Positions 9,475-19,219 of a stretch of 64,000 nt of DNA are shown piece by piece; within the stretch, counting starts at the first letter, position 1; each line of letters starts with the position of its first letter. The notes beneath the pieces are model-generated. The model searched no databases, was not told the DNA's origin, and worked only from the letters and a program-made list of their open reading frames with translations. The DNA is from Oscillospiraceae bacterium (GTDB lineage: Bacteria > Bacillota > Clostridia > Oscillospirales > Ruminococcaceae). The stretch covers positions 18,042-82,041 of the forward strand of contig JAIHAL010000002.1 in assembly GCA_020054675.1 (NCBI GenBank), in the 5' to 3' direction. A program made the position numbers and the translations under genes.

Positions 9475-9921
9475 ATGGAAAAGCAGGAATTTAATGAATT
9501 GCTGTCCGCCATCAGCGTAATGATGGACACCAAGCTGGAACCAATCAACAAAAGGCTTGATGGAATTGAGCAAAGGCTTGACAAAGTTGAGCAGCGCCTT
9601 GACAAAGTTGAGCAGCGTCTTGACCAAGTAGAGCAAAGGCTTGACAAAGTTGAGCAGAGACTTGATAAAGTTGAGCAAAGGCTTGACAAAGTTGAGCAGC
9701 GTCTTGACAAAGTAGAGCAAAGGCTTGATAAAGTTGAATATCGCCTTGACAAAGTTGAACTCACTTTGGAAAACGAAACCAATAAAAATATCAAGCTGCT
9801 TGCGGAAGGTCATGTTGATGTGGTTAACCGATTGGATAAACTCGAACGCAAGGTTGAAGACATTGAAGATACCGTCGGCGTCTTGAAAGTACTTACCAAA
9901 TCGTTGCAAGCAAAGCAATAA
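9475..9921 (+). CDS. Coiled-coil protein with nine perfect EQRLDKV heptads
   Basis: AAAGGGGGG RBS. 148 aa with no signal peptide or TM segment. Same strand as the neighbouring genes. Confidence 0.8.
   Translation: MEKQEFNELLSAISVMMDTKLEPINKRLDGIEQRLDKVEQRLDKVEQRLDQVEQRLDKVEQRLDKVEQRLDKVEQRLDKVEQRLDKVEYRLDKVELTLENETNKNIKLLAEGHVDVVNRLDKLERKVEDIEDTVGVLKVLTKSLQAKQ
9568..9756 (+). repeat. 9 x 21-bp in-frame tandem repeat (GAG CAR MGN CTT GAY AAA GTW)
   Basis: The repeat register was counted directly. Copies differ mostly at synonymous positions (Arg = AGG/CGC/CGT/AGA, Gln = CAA/CAG). Confidence 0.95.
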
Positions 9922-10042
9922 AATGCTTTTATGAACTCATTTTTTAACAATGTATTTTAATCCCCTGACTGCAAAAAATATAATCGGGAAAGCTTTTAAA
10001 AGGCTTCCTGCTTTAATTTTGGCAAACGGAGGGATTTTTAAG

Positions 10043-10216
10043 ATGAACGGGCAGAAAAATTGCAGCATACAGTGCACGATAAAGGAATGCGCTCACAATA
10101 TGCAGAGCGAAAACTACTGCACTCTTGATGTTATCAGCATAGGCACACATGAACCTAACCCGACAAAGGCTGAATGCACAGATTGCAAATCCTTTGTTAT
10201 GAAATCCTCTTACTAA
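10043..10216 (+). CDS. DUF1540-like small Cys-rich protein (57 aa)
   Basis: GGAGGG RBS with ATG at 10043. Motif CSIQCTIKECAHNMQSENYCTLDVISIG...CTDC. The ORF-track start at 9950 lacks an RBS. Confidence 0.6.
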   Translation: MNGQKNCSIQCTIKECAHNMQSENYCTLDVISIGTHEPNPTKAECTDCKSFVMKSSY

Positions 10217-10226
10217 GATTTTTAGC

Positions 10227-10261
10227 AAAAATGCGGGACGCCTTGGCGCCCCGCATTTTTT
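10227..10261. terminator. Bidirectional terminator between convergent genes
   Basis: ATGCGGGACGCC / GGCGCCCCGCAT GC-rich hairpin, flanked by AAAA on the left and TTTTT on the right. Confidence 0.7.
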
Positions 10262-11234
10262 AAACGGAAGGAAGTTTGAATTCAAATCCCTGTTCCCTTA
10301 AATTGTCGATTATTTTTGGCAGAATATCCGCGTTTGTTTTTGAAACCCCATGCAGCAACATGATTTCTCCGTCGTGCGGATGCGCCGTTATTTTTTCAAG
10401 GGCATATTGCGGGTCAGGCTGATTGTTTGTTTCCCAGTCCTTATAAGCAAAACTGTAAAGAAGTGTTGTATAACCCATTCTTTGGGCAAGAGCAAGAGCC
10501 CTTTCGGAGAAAACTCCCTCTGGCGGACGCATATATTTCATTTGATAGCCAAATTTTTCTTTTACCATTGCCTCGCAATCGTCAAGCTCTTTTTCGGCAT
10601 CCGGAATTGAAGTTTCAAGCAAAGCTTGCAGGGACTTGTGATTGTACCCGTGATTCCCAAGCACATGCCCTTCATCAATCATTCTTTGAATGATTTTGGA
10701 ATCCGCATAGCGGACATATCCTCCCGTGATAAAAAAGATTGCTTTTACATCTTTTTCCTTTAAGGTATCAAGTATTTGCTCCGTGCATCCGGCCTCATAT
10801 CCGAGGTCAAAGGTAAGGCATATCGTTTTAGAGGATGCGTCCTTGCTGTCTGAAATGTTTTGAGCGGTGTCCTCTGCATTTTCAAAAAGCGCATATGCGT
10901 TGTATTTTTCGTATTTTGAATTGAAATCAAGCGCTCCCGCCGGACGGTTTTCAGGATCAAACTGTACGCCCTGACCGTAGTTTACTTTGGTGTTGTCTAT
11001 TTGTGAAAGTTCTTCATCGGAAATTTTTGAAATTTCCGTTTCGGATGTTGTTTGTGCAGTTGTTTCGGTTACAGGCTTTTCCGCCTGAATGGTTCCCATT
11101 GCTTCCTTAACCTCTTCGCTTGTCTGAGTCTCGGCGGATGTCTGCGGAGTTTCAGAAATTTCCTGTACAGCCGCCCATGAACATCCTGCAAAAAGAACTG
11201 CAATGCAAAGCGCAAGGATAAATTTTTTCTTCAT
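10260..11234 (-). CDS. Polysaccharide deacetylase family lipoprotein (NodB domain; PdaA-like)
   Basis: Lipobox LFAGC in MKKKFILALCIAVLFAGCSWA. NodB motifs TFDLGYE and GNHGYNHKS. Confidence 0.75.
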   Translation of the reverse strand: MKKKFILALCIAVLFAGCSWAAVQEISETPQTSAETQTSEEVKEAMGTIQAEKPVTETTAQTTSETEISKISDEELSQIDNTKVNYGQGVQFDPENRPAGALDFNSKYEKYNAYALFENAEDTAQNISDSKDASSKTICLTFDLGYEAGCTEQILDTLKEKDVKAIFFITGGYVRYADSKIIQRMIDEGHVLGNHGYNHKSLQALLETSIPDAEKELDDCEAMVKEKFGYQMKYMRPPEGVFSERALALAQRMGYTTLLYSFAYKDWETNNQPDPQYALEKITAHPHDGEIMLLHGVSKTNADILPKIIDNLREQGFEFKLPSV

Positions 11235-11389
11235 TTTCCCACTTCCGTTTCTTTTTGGTTTAACAGCCGATTGACTGCATTATATTTTCCCGCATCGGAT
11301 TTTAATTATCCCCGAAAATATCTTTCATTTTTATTATACATTCAAAAAGATACACCTTTAATACATAATGGTTACAAAATGGTTTCAAA

Positions 11390-11420
11390 ATAAAATAAAG
11401 CCTATCTTTTAGGGATAGGC
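11390..11420 (-). terminator. Rho-independent terminator
   Basis: GCCTATC / GATAGGC stem followed, on the minus strand, by TTTATTTT. Confidence 0.6.
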
Positions 11421-11431
11421 AAATTTTAACA

Positions 11432-12931
11432 TTAAAATCCCATTTGGGTTATATATTCATTTTTAAAAAATTCGTTTTCGGAAAGCTCTATATAAGTGCA
11501 TTTTTCGGCAAGGAACTGTATTCTGTCCTCCGCCTCAGGTTTTAAAAGAAGTTCTGCGGCTCCTGCCCCGGCGGCATTTCCGACGGTTCTGATTTTTTCA
11601 AAAAGCTCATTTGGGATAAGCCCTATGGCACAAGCGCTTTTTGGATTTATCCTTGTTCCGAATCCACCCGCCAAAAGCACCTCGTCAATTTGTTCAAAGC
11701 TTATGCCGACAAAATCCATAAGCGTTAAAATTCCGGCGCATATGGCTGATTTTGCAAGCTGTACTTCCCTTATATCCTTTTGGGTAAGCACTGCCTTTTC
11801 GGCAATTTTTAAAGAATTTCCTTTTTGGATTCGTCCGGTTTCGTCAATGATTGAAAGCTTGATTCCCACCGCAACCGCATCCACGAGTCCTGAACCGCAG
11901 ATTCCAAGCGGTTCAACATCATTTATTGTAGAGTATTGGATTTCGTTTTTTTCATTTAGGTAAACGGTGGATATTGCTCCGCTTTGCGCTCCCATTCCGC
12001 ATGAAATGTTTGCGCCTTCAAAAGCGGGACCTGCGGCGGCGGCACAGCAGAAAATTCTTCCCTTTGCGGCAAGAGCAATTTCTCCGTTTGTGCCTATGTC
12101 AAGATAGAGAATGGTATCGCTTGTCCGGTCAAGATTGCAACTCATCATTCCGGCGGTTATATCGCCGCCGACAAAACCCGAAACACATGGTGCAAAATAA
12201 ACCACGGCATTTTTTGAAACCTTTATGCCAAGATTCATTGCCCTTTGTTCAATGCCAAAAAGGCTGGTCGGAACATATGGCGCAGTTGCAATCGGCTCCG
12301 CGTCAATTCCGCCGAAGAAATGCTCCATTACCGTATTTCCGGCAATGGTTATCCTTGAAATGTCCTTTGGCTCAAAAGCATAAAGCGAGGCGGTTTTTGC
12401 AATGATGTCATTTATTTGTGCTATTATGATTTCATTCATCAGCGTTTTGTTGCTGCAATGGTATTTAAGCCTTGACATAATGTCTGCGCCATAGCTTTTC
12501 TGCAAATTTACAGCTGTTTGGATTGCTATGATTTCCCCGTTGTCAAGATTGTAAAAATACAGCACAAGTGTCGTTGTGCCTATATCTATCGCAACACCTA
12601 TTCCGGAATAATGCTCTCCGGGATTTACAAGAACGGTTTTTTTAAAATCGGTTTCAACGGCATAATTTTCATTGCCTATGAGAGGCATTACCTTTATGTC
12701 GCCAAACGGGATGCAGTCGCAGGCGAGAACTATTTCATCCGAAATGGACTGGACTTCTTTGCCTTTGACAATGTTGCCATATACAATCCTTATCTTGCAG
12801 CGCCCGCAAGTTTTGTTTCCGCCGCATGGAGCATCATAATAAATCATGTTGTCCCTTAAAATTTCAAGAATGGTCTTGTGTTCGGCCTCGTCGTAATCAA
12901 AAACATTGCTTTTGTAGTAAATCCTGCCCAT
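11432..12931 (-). CDS. 2Fe-2S ferredoxin domain + ASKHA (DUF4445) protein, RACo-like
   Basis: AGGAGG RBS. N-terminal CGGNKTCGRCK plant-type ferredoxin cysteines. The C-terminal two-thirds has the glycine-rich ASKHA pattern DIGTTT / DIGTNGE. Confidence 0.65.
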   Translation of the reverse strand: MGRIYYKSNVFDYDEAEHKTILEILRDNMIYYDAPCGGNKTCGRCKIRIVYGNIVKGKEVQSISDEIVLACDCIPFGDIKVMPLIGNENYAVETDFKKTVLVNPGEHYSGIGVAIDIGTTTLVLYFYNLDNGEIIAIQTAVNLQKSYGADIMSRLKYHCSNKTLMNEIIIAQINDIIAKTASLYAFEPKDISRITIAGNTVMEHFFGGIDAEPIATAPYVPTSLFGIEQRAMNLGIKVSKNAVVYFAPCVSGFVGGDITAGMMSCNLDRTSDTILYLDIGTNGEIALAAKGRIFCCAAAAGPAFEGANISCGMGAQSGAISTVYLNEKNEIQYSTINDVEPLGICGSGLVDAVAVGIKLSIIDETGRIQKGNSLKIAEKAVLTQKDIREVQLAKSAICAGILTLMDFVGISFEQIDEVLLAGGFGTRINPKSACAIGLIPNELFEKIRTVGNAAGAGAAELLLKPEAEDRIQFLAEKCTYIELSENEFFKNEYITQMGF

Positions 12932-13076
12932 TTTACCCTCCTGCTGATTAAATTATTAAAAATTATTAAAGTTATTAATTTTATTATAAAATATTTTTCT
13001 TGTTTTTTCTTAAAAAAATTGTTAAAATGTATGTGTTGTCGAATTTATTTTAAAATTGCAAAGGAAAGATAGGCAA

Positions 13077-14153
13077 ATGATTTCAAAATATAGGCATCTG
13101 ATTGATTTAAATGATTTTTCCGTTTCAGAATGGGACTCTATAATTTCGCTTGCAAAAGAAATAAAGAAAAATCCTGCCCTTTATTCTCATAGATGCGACG
13201 GGAAGATAATGGGTACGCTTTTTTATGAGCCCTCAACAAGGACGCAAATGTCATTTCAGACGGCAATGCTTAGGCTTGGGGGAAGCATAATAGGCTTTGA
13301 CAATCCGGAAACATCTTCGGTTGCAAAGGGCGAGAATTTAAAGGATACCACAAAAATAGTCAGCAGTTATGCGGATATAATGGTTATGAGACATCCCCTT
13401 GAAGGCTCTGCAAAGGCGGCGGCTCTTACCTCCGATTGCCCTATTGTGAACGCAGGCGACGGAGGCCACCTTCACCCGACTCAAACCCTTACCGACCTTT
13501 TAACGCTTTCAGAGCAAAAGGGAACACTTTCCGGCCTTACTGTCGGACTTTGCGGCGACCTTATGAACGGAAGAACCGTGCATTCTTTGCTTAAAGCTCT
13601 TTCCTGCTATAAGAACAATAAGTTTGTGCTGATTTCAACTCCGGAATTAAGACTTCCATCTTATATAAAGGATATACTTAACGCAAGCAGCTGCTCTTTT
13701 TGCGAGGTGGATTCGCTTGAAGATGCGATTCCGGAATTGGATGTCCTTTATATGACGAGGATTCAAAAGGAGCGTTTTTCTTCCGAGGAAGAATATAACG
13801 CCCAAAAGGATGTTTATGTGCTTGACAGAAATAAGCTTATGAAAGGCAAACATGATTTGGTGGTGCTTCATCCGCTGCCGAGAGTGGATGAAATCTCTAT
13901 TGACGTTGATGAAGACCCGCGTGCACTTTATTTTGTGCAGGCTAAGAATGGTGTTTATGTAAGGATGGCGCTTATTCTCACAATACTTGAAAATCCTTCG
14001 CCGACCAAGCTTTTTGATGGAAAAGTTCATGCGGGAGTATGCTGCAGGAATAAAAAATGCATAACAAACAGGGAAAAATATCTTCCTAAAAGCTTTTGGG
14101 GCATGGGTGACACTCTTGTCTGCGAATATTGCGACGAGAGAATACTTTTATGA
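13077..14153 (+). CDS. pyrB: Aspartate carbamoyltransferase catalytic chain fused to a PyrI-type C-terminal zinc domain
   Basis: EPSTRTQ, HPTQ and HPLPR ATCase motifs. About 50 extra C-terminal residues carry CRNKKC...CEYC (Cx4C-N20-Cx2C). Confidence 0.85.
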   Translation: MISKYRHLIDLNDFSVSEWDSIISLAKEIKKNPALYSHRCDGKIMGTLFYEPSTRTQMSFQTAMLRLGGSIIGFDNPETSSVAKGENLKDTTKIVSSYADIMVMRHPLEGSAKAAALTSDCPIVNAGDGGHLHPTQTLTDLLTLSEQKGTLSGLTVGLCGDLMNGRTVHSLLKALSCYKNNKFVLISTPELRLPSYIKDILNASSCSFCEVDSLEDAIPELDVLYMTRIQKERFSSEEEYNAQKDVYVLDRNKLMKGKHDLVVLHPLPRVDEISIDVDEDPRALYFVQAKNGVYVRMALILTILENPSPTKLFDGKVHAGVCCRNKKCITNREKYLPKSFWGMGDTLVCEYCDERILL

Positions 14154-14548
14154 GAAAATTGAGGAGATTTCTTGCGGCGGCGGCTTTGCCCGCCGCCGCA
14201 ATTTGCATCTTTGCCGCAAGGGCAAATTTGGAACTTATAATGCGGTTTATGAATAAAATCCCGCGTTGCCTATTTAATTCGGTTACGGGGGGCCTTTGTC
14301 CCGCATGCGGCAATACAAGAAGCGTCATGTTGCTTTTAAAAGGGGATGTGATTGGTTCTTTGCGCCATAATATTACTCCGATTGTGTTGGGAATTATTTT
14401 ATTTTTGCTTTATGTTGAGTTTGCTTTTGGGGCATTTGGCAAAAAGGTAAAAATTTTGCCGCGGAAAGGAGCTTTTTGGTATTCTGTTTTAGGATTTATG
14501 TTTGTTTACTACATAGCAAGGAATTTTCTTTTTTTTCAAATAAAATAA
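14150..14548 (+). CDS. DUF2752-like membrane protein
   Basis: ATGA start/stop overlap with pyrB. Motif CLFNSVTGGLCPACGNTRS followed by hydrophobic helices. Confidence 0.6.
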   Translation: MRKLRRFLAAAALPAAAICIFAARANLELIMRFMNKIPRCLFNSVTGGLCPACGNTRSVMLLLKGDVIGSLRHNITPIVLGIILFLLYVEFAFGAFGKKVKILPRKGAFWYSVLGFMFVYYIARNFLFFQIK

Positions 14549-14555
14549 AAAAATT

Positions 14556-14597
14556 ATCAGGCTGCATGGAATAAGGCGGCCTGATTTTTTGTTTTTT
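14556..14597 (+). terminator. Rho-independent terminator
   Basis: ATCAGGCTGC...GCGGCCTGAT stem followed by TTTTTTGTTTTTT. Confidence 0.7.
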
Positions 14598-14625
14598 CAT
14601 AAAAATTTCCTGCCCGGCATATATA
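14597..14625 (+). promoter_or_regulatory. Sigma-E-like sporulation promoter candidate for spoIIID
   Basis: TCATAAAA at 14597-14604, 13-nt spacer, CATATATA at 14618-14625. This resembles the mother-cell sigma-E pattern as I recall it. Confidence 0.3.
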
Positions 14626-14657
14626 TGAATAAACACATATGTATACGGGGTGAGAGA

Positions 14658-14957
14658 ATGAAAGACGAACAAAATCCTCAAAACGGGTTGTATGAGCGGG
14701 CGGTTGTTCTGGGGGAATACATAATTGAAAATAAGGCCACCGTGCGCGGGTGTGCGGAACATTTTTCAAAGCAGTTTGGAATAAGCAAAAGCACGGTGCA
14801 TAAAGATTTGTCCCAAAGGCTCCCCCAAGCCAGCGCACAGCTTTATCTTCAAGTCAAGGAAATACTTGAACAAAATAAACAGGAAAGGCATATAAGGGGA
14901 GGGCTTGCCACAAAGCACAAATACGAGGAACTTGCAAAAATTTCAAAAAAGGCATGA
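14658..14957 (+). CDS. spoIIID: Sporulation transcriptional regulator SpoIIID
   Basis: The pattern RAVVLGEYIIENKATVRGCAEHF...GISKSTVHKDLSQRLP...KQERHIRGG closely parallels B. subtilis SpoIIID. Confidence 0.85.
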   Translation: MKDEQNPQNGLYERAVVLGEYIIENKATVRGCAEHFSKQFGISKSTVHKDLSQRLPQASAQLYLQVKEILEQNKQERHIRGGLATKHKYEELAKISKKA

Positions 14958-15001
14958 AAATCCGCCCCGGAAACTTTGCTGCCGGGGCGGAAGTTTAATT
15001 T

Positions 15002-16240
15002 TTATGCCTTGGCGTCATTTTTGGAGCAAATTCTGAAAACGATAAATCCGGCAAGGAACATAAGGGCAATTACTGCAACGCCTGTTTTTGAGCTCCCGCT
15101 TATCTGCGAAGAAATTCCCATGAGCATGGTTCCGGTAAACGCGGCTCCTTTTCCGAATATGTCAAAAAATCCAAAAAATTCGCTGGATTTTTCTTTTGGA
15201 ATTATTTTGGCAAAATAAGAACGGGAGAGGGCCTGTATTGCGCCTTGAAATACGGCGACGCAAACCGCAAGCAGCCAAAATTCCCACGCCTTGTCAAGCT
15301 GGAGCGCAAAAAGCGTTATGGCAAAATATCCGGCAATGCAGACGCTTATCAGTGTTTTTGCAGGATATTTTTTTGAAAGCCTTCCAAAAATTATAGCGCA
15401 AGGAAAAGCAACCACCTGTGTAAGCAAAAGCGCCATAAGCAGATTGCTATCGGTTATTCCCACATCTTTTCCGTATGAGGTTGCCATGTCTATTATTGTA
15501 TAAACCCCGTCTATGTAAAAGAAAAATGCAAGTAGGAAGAGAAATGGCTTTTTGTAGGACTTCAAATCTGCGAGCACCGCCCATATGCGCCTGAACGATT
15601 CTGCGACGGCCCCTTTTTCAACTTCGACGTAATATTTTTGCCTGTAATTTTTGAGCAGTGGGATTGTAAAACAAACCCACCAGGCGGAAGTTATCAAAAA
15701 GGCAATTATCGTTGCGGCGGCAGAAGATATTCCTATTTTATCAGCAAGAAGTATCAGTGCGAGGCTTGCGGTAAATGGCACGCAGCTTCCGATATATCCC
15801 CATGCATATCCGTTTGAGGAAACTTTGTCCATCCGCTCATCTTCGGTTATATCCCCAAGCATGGAATCGTAAAAGATGAGGCTTCCTGAAAAGCCAACCT
15901 TTGCAATGATGAATACGGAGAGAAAAATAATCCATGAAAGCGGCAGAGAGAGGCCGGCGCATCCAAGAGCGCCAAGCATCATAAAGGCGGCAAAAAGAGG
16001 CTTTTTATAGCCTTTGGTATCCGCAAGGGTTCCAAGAATTGGCCCAAGGACGGCAATTATAATTGTTGAAATTGAAACTGCATAGCCCCAAAAGGCGGTT
16101 GAGTCTGAAAGTGATATTCCGCCTGCTGAGGCTATGTTTTTAAAGTAAATCGGTATTATTGTCGAAACCATCATAGTAAAAGCGGAGTTTCCCACGTCAT
16201 AAAGAACCCACTGCTTTTCAAGCTTTGAAAGCCCGTTCAT
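15002..16240 (-). CDS. MFS transporter (UMF1/Atg22-like)
   Basis: AAGGAGAG RBS. About 12 predicted TM helices. N-terminal WVLYDVGNSAF motif. Confidence 0.7.
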   Translation of the reverse strand: MNGLSKLEKQWVLYDVGNSAFTMMVSTIIPIYFKNIASAGGISLSDSTAFWGYAVSISTIIIAVLGPILGTLADTKGYKKPLFAAFMMLGALGCAGLSLPLSWIIFLSVFIIAKVGFSGSLIFYDSMLGDITEDERMDKVSSNGYAWGYIGSCVPFTASLALILLADKIGISSAAATIIAFLITSAWWVCFTIPLLKNYRQKYYVEVEKGAVAESFRRIWAVLADLKSYKKPFLFLLAFFFYIDGVYTIIDMATSYGKDVGITDSNLLMALLLTQVVAFPCAIIFGRLSKKYPAKTLISVCIAGYFAITLFALQLDKAWEFWLLAVCVAVFQGAIQALSRSYFAKIIPKEKSSEFFGFFDIFGKGAAFTGTMLMGISSQISGSSKTGVAVIALMFLAGFIVFRICSKNDAKA

Positions 16241-16258
16241 TTTAATTCTCTCCTTAAA

Positions 16259-17044
16259 TCATTCAAAATTTCTTTGAAACCTGCCGCTCAGTTCAGTTTC
16301 GTTTGGTATGCCCTTGCAGTAATTTTCAATTAATTCGGCGGTTGGAGCAATTGCCGCATAAAAAATTTCGTAAAGCCTTGCGTTGCTGTCGGAGCAGCAG
16401 CTGTCCGGTTCGGGAGTCAGTATGATGTCATGATATTTTTTTGTTTTGCTTAAATCCATAAGAAAATAAAGCGCCGACCTTTTAAGGCCGTTTTTGCAGA
16501 CAAAAAGCCCAGTATATTTTTTCATTGACTTTATGGAAGTGTATACATCCTTTCCTGTGGCAACCGGATAAAGCATGGCTATTTTTTCGCACAGCGCACG
16601 GGCGGGATTTAGGTATGCAGCAGTATTGTAAGAAAAAGGGTCAAGCCCGTTTTCAAGCATGAGCTTGCGGTCAAATTCGGCTTCAATTTTTGCATGGGAA
16701 ACTCCGCTCTGGCTTATTTTTTGAGCTATGTAAGGATGGCATTCGCTGTCAAGCATAAAATGGCATATGAATCCTGCGGCGTATGAGTAAAGCTCATTGT
16801 CTGATGTGCGTTTTATTATTTTCCTTGCTTTTGAAAGGAGTTCATCAGCATTTCTTTGATGTATAAAGCCTCCGATTTCCCTTATTTTGTTTTTTGAAAA
16901 AGGCTTATGAAAAAAATAAATGTCCGGGCCGTGAAGGCCGATGTCAAAAGCGCTGCGGTTCAGTTCAAGCACTCTTTTTACGTTGGATGGAAGGATGGCC
17001 AAAACCTCCCTTCCGAAAAGTGTATGGGCAAAATTTGCCGGCAT
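16259..17044 (-). CDS. Zinc-dependent phospholipase C-like family protein
   Basis: AGAGGTG RBS. The N-terminal FAHTLFG...GLHGPDIYFFH His-rich pattern is typical of this uncharacterised family (assignment from memory). Confidence 0.45.
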   Translation of the reverse strand: MPANFAHTLFGREVLAILPSNVKRVLELNRSAFDIGLHGPDIYFFHKPFSKNKIREIGGFIHQRNADELLSKARKIIKRTSDNELYSYAAGFICHFMLDSECHPYIAQKISQSGVSHAKIEAEFDRKLMLENGLDPFSYNTAAYLNPARALCEKIAMLYPVATGKDVYTSIKSMKKYTGLFVCKNGLKRSALYFLMDLSKTKKYHDIILTPEPDSCCSDSNARLYEIFYAAIAPTAELIENYCKGIPNETELSGRFQRNFE

Positions 17045-17317
17045 TTTAAAATCACCTCTGGATTATTATTTTTATATTTTACTTCCATTTTTGTTTTAAA
17101 TATACAAAGATTTTGTAAAGATACCGAAAAATTCACATTTTGCCATTTCTAAATTTTTTGTTATGTTAAAATTTTAATTTGTGTATACATTGAAATTCTA
17201 CATCGTTTTTTGCCTAAAAATAGGGATTAAACGTTTTTGGAATTTTTTATAAAGTTATTTTCTACAAATTAAATATTCGTTAACTTACTTAATTTGTATA
17301 ATTGCTATAAAAACCGG

Positions 17318-17346
17318 TTGACAATGGCAAAATAATATGTTATATT
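17318..17346 (+). promoter_or_regulatory. Sigma-A promoter candidate (TTGACA-17-TGT-TATATT)
   Basis: TTGACA at 17318-17323, 17-nt spacer ending in TGT, then TATATT at 17341-17346. Confidence 0.45.
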
Positions 17347-17430
17347 TAGCACAAAGAACAATATATTACTTTAAGTTTTTAAACATTTTGTTTAAAATAC
17401 ATAACAAAGAGTGTGAGTGGAGTGGTGGAC

Positions 17431-19155
17431 ATGAAATTTAAAGATTTGAAAATCGGCAGAAAACTGACATTGTCTTTTGGAGTTTTTGCTATTTTGCTTG
17501 CGGTAATTTCAATAGCTGCGGCGGCAAGCATAATAGCCGGGGACATGAGAGTCAAAAAGCTTTACGAGGAAAACCTTCTTGCAGTTGATGCAATAGGCAA
17601 AATGCGTGAATCTCTTCAAGAACAGCGGGCGCTTACGAGAAATCTCATTTTGTTTGAACCGGGAAGCGAAAATTATAAAAATTCAGTTTTAAGCCTTGAA
17701 GAGAGCAACAATGCAATGCTTTCAGCATATCAAAAATACGAAAGAACCATCACTGCAAGCGAAGATAGGGAGATTTTTAACAAAGTAAAAGAGCTTTATA
17801 ACAATGATTATGCGGCTTTTAAAAAACAGCTCATTTCAATTGCGCAGACGGGAGATTCGCAAAAAGCCCTGGAATACCTTGTCGGCGGACTTAATATAGT
17901 AACTTCCCAAACGGCATATTATGATAAACTTGTTGCCTTGAATGAAAAATATGTCATGGAAACAATTGATGGGGCAAATTTGCAGACTGGAATTTTTATT
18001 GTATTTATTGCGGTTGCGGTTGTGTTTGCATTTGCTTGTACGGTATTTTTAATAAGGTATATGAGGAAAAATGTTTCGGATAAAATTACAGAAGTTGTTT
18101 TGGCGGCAAATGAGCTTGCGGTAGGGAATATAGATGTTTACATAAATTCCGATAGGAATGATGAAACAGGCGAGCTTGCCGCGGCTTTCAACAATATGAT
18201 ATCCGGAATCCGTGAACAGGTAAAAGTGGTTGAAGCTATGGCGGACAGGGATTTGACCATGAAGAGCCATCCGCGTTCTGAAAAAGACATAATGGCGATA
18301 TCTCTTAATAAGACCATTGACAACTTAAACAGGCTTTTTGGGGGAATTTTAAATTCTTCAAGACAGGTCAGCACGGGAGCAGTGCAAATTTCAAACGGTG
18401 CGCAGGCCCTTTCCCAAGGCGCGGCTGAACAGGCGAGCTCAATAGAAGAGCTTTCGGCGACGATTGCGGATATTGCAAAGGATGTTTCAGCAAACGCTAA
18501 AAATGTGAAAAAGGCTTCGGAATATGTTGCAAATACCGTTCTTGACGTTGAAAAGAGCAATTCCGAGATGGAGAGGATGCTTGCGGCAATGGAAAGGATA
18601 AGCAAATCTTCAGAGGAAATCAGCAAAATAAATAAAGTTATAGAGGACATAGCATTCCAGACCAATATCCTTGCCCTTAATGCCGCAGTTGAGGCGGCAA
18701 GGGCGGGAAATGCCGGAAAAGGCTTTGCCGTTGTTGCGGATGAGGTGAGAAATCTTGCCGGAAAATCGGCTGATGCGGCAAAGCAGACCTCATCGCTCAT
18801 AGGAGAGTCTTTGGAAGTTGTTTCGGAAGGCGTTGTAATTGCGCAAAATACTGCAAAATCGCTTGAAAACGTGTCTGAAAATTCGAAGCATGTAAAGGAG
18901 ATAATGACAAAGATTGATGCGGCTTCCGAACAGCAAGCCATTGCAATTTCGCAAATCAATCAAGGAATTGAGCAGATTTCCTCGGTAGTCCAGACGAATT
19001 CCGCAACGGCGGAAGAAAGTGCGGCTTCAAGCGAAGAGCTTTCGAGCCAGGCCGAGCTTTTAAAGTCGGAAATAGAAAAATTCAAAATCAAAGATTTTTC
19101 CAAAGAAGCAAAAACAGATAACAATATAGTTTATTTGAAAGCTATAAATCTTTAA
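17431..19155 (+). CDS. Methyl-accepting chemotaxis protein
   Basis: N-terminal TM segment, ligand-binding region, second TM segment, HAMP domain. Signalling hairpin motif [20 protein letters not shown]. Confidence 0.9.
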   Translation: MKFKDLKIGRKLTLSFGVFAILLAVISIAAAASIIAGDMRVKKLYEENLLAVDAIGKMRESLQEQRALTRNLILFEPGSENYKNSVLSLEESNNAMLSAYQKYERTITASEDREIFNKVKELYNNDYAAFKKQLISIAQTGDSQKALEYLVGGLNIVTSQTAYYDKLVALNEKYVMETIDGANLQTGIFIVFIAVAVVFAFACTVFLIRYMRKNVSDKITEVVLAANELAVGNIDVYINSDRNDETGELAAAFNNMISGIREQVKVVEAMADRDLTMKSHPRSEKDIMAISLNKTIDNLNRLFGGILNSSRQVSTGAVQISNGAQALSQGAAEQASSIEELSATIADIAKDVSANAKNVKKASEYVANTVLDVEKSNSEMERMLAAMERISKSSEEISKINKVIEDIAFQTNILALNAAVEAARAGNAGKGFAVVADEVRNLAGKSADAAKQTSSLIGESLEVVSEGVVIAQNTAKSLENVSENSKHVKEIMTKIDAASEQQAIAISQINQGIEQISSVVQTNSATAEESAASSEELSSQAELLKSEIEKFKIKDFSKEAKTDNNIVYLKAINL

Positions 19156-19167
19156 CCAAAATGAAAA

Positions 19168-19202
19168 GCATTTCCGCCTGTTTCAGGCGGGGATGCTTTT
19201 TG
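19168..19202 (+). terminator. Rho-independent terminator
   Basis: GCATTTCCGCCTG / CAGGCGGGGATGC hairpin followed by TTTTT. Confidence 0.75.
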
Positions 19203-19219
19203 CTTGAATTTAAAAATTT

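Noticed and set aside
9390-9918. 134-aa and 154-aa minus-strand ORFs, and the idea that the 21-bp repeats might be a CRISPR-like or noncoding array
   Set aside because: The repeats are contiguous with no spacers, and in-frame with a plus-strand ORF that has a strong RBS and matches the neighbours' orientation. Variation among copies is mostly synonymous in the plus frame only.
12932-13076. PyrR binding loop / pyr attenuator upstream of pyrB, and the reiterated ATTATTAAA motifs
   Set aside because: No UCCAGAGAGG-like PyrR loop and no terminator hairpin are present. The short AT repeats are plausibly just AT-rich divergent-promoter DNA.
18138-18959. 273-aa ORF antisense to the chemotaxis receptor gene
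   Set aside because: It is a shadow of the Ala/Glu/Ser-rich MCP signalling domain. It has no RBS and a low-complexity Ser/Ala/Phe translation.
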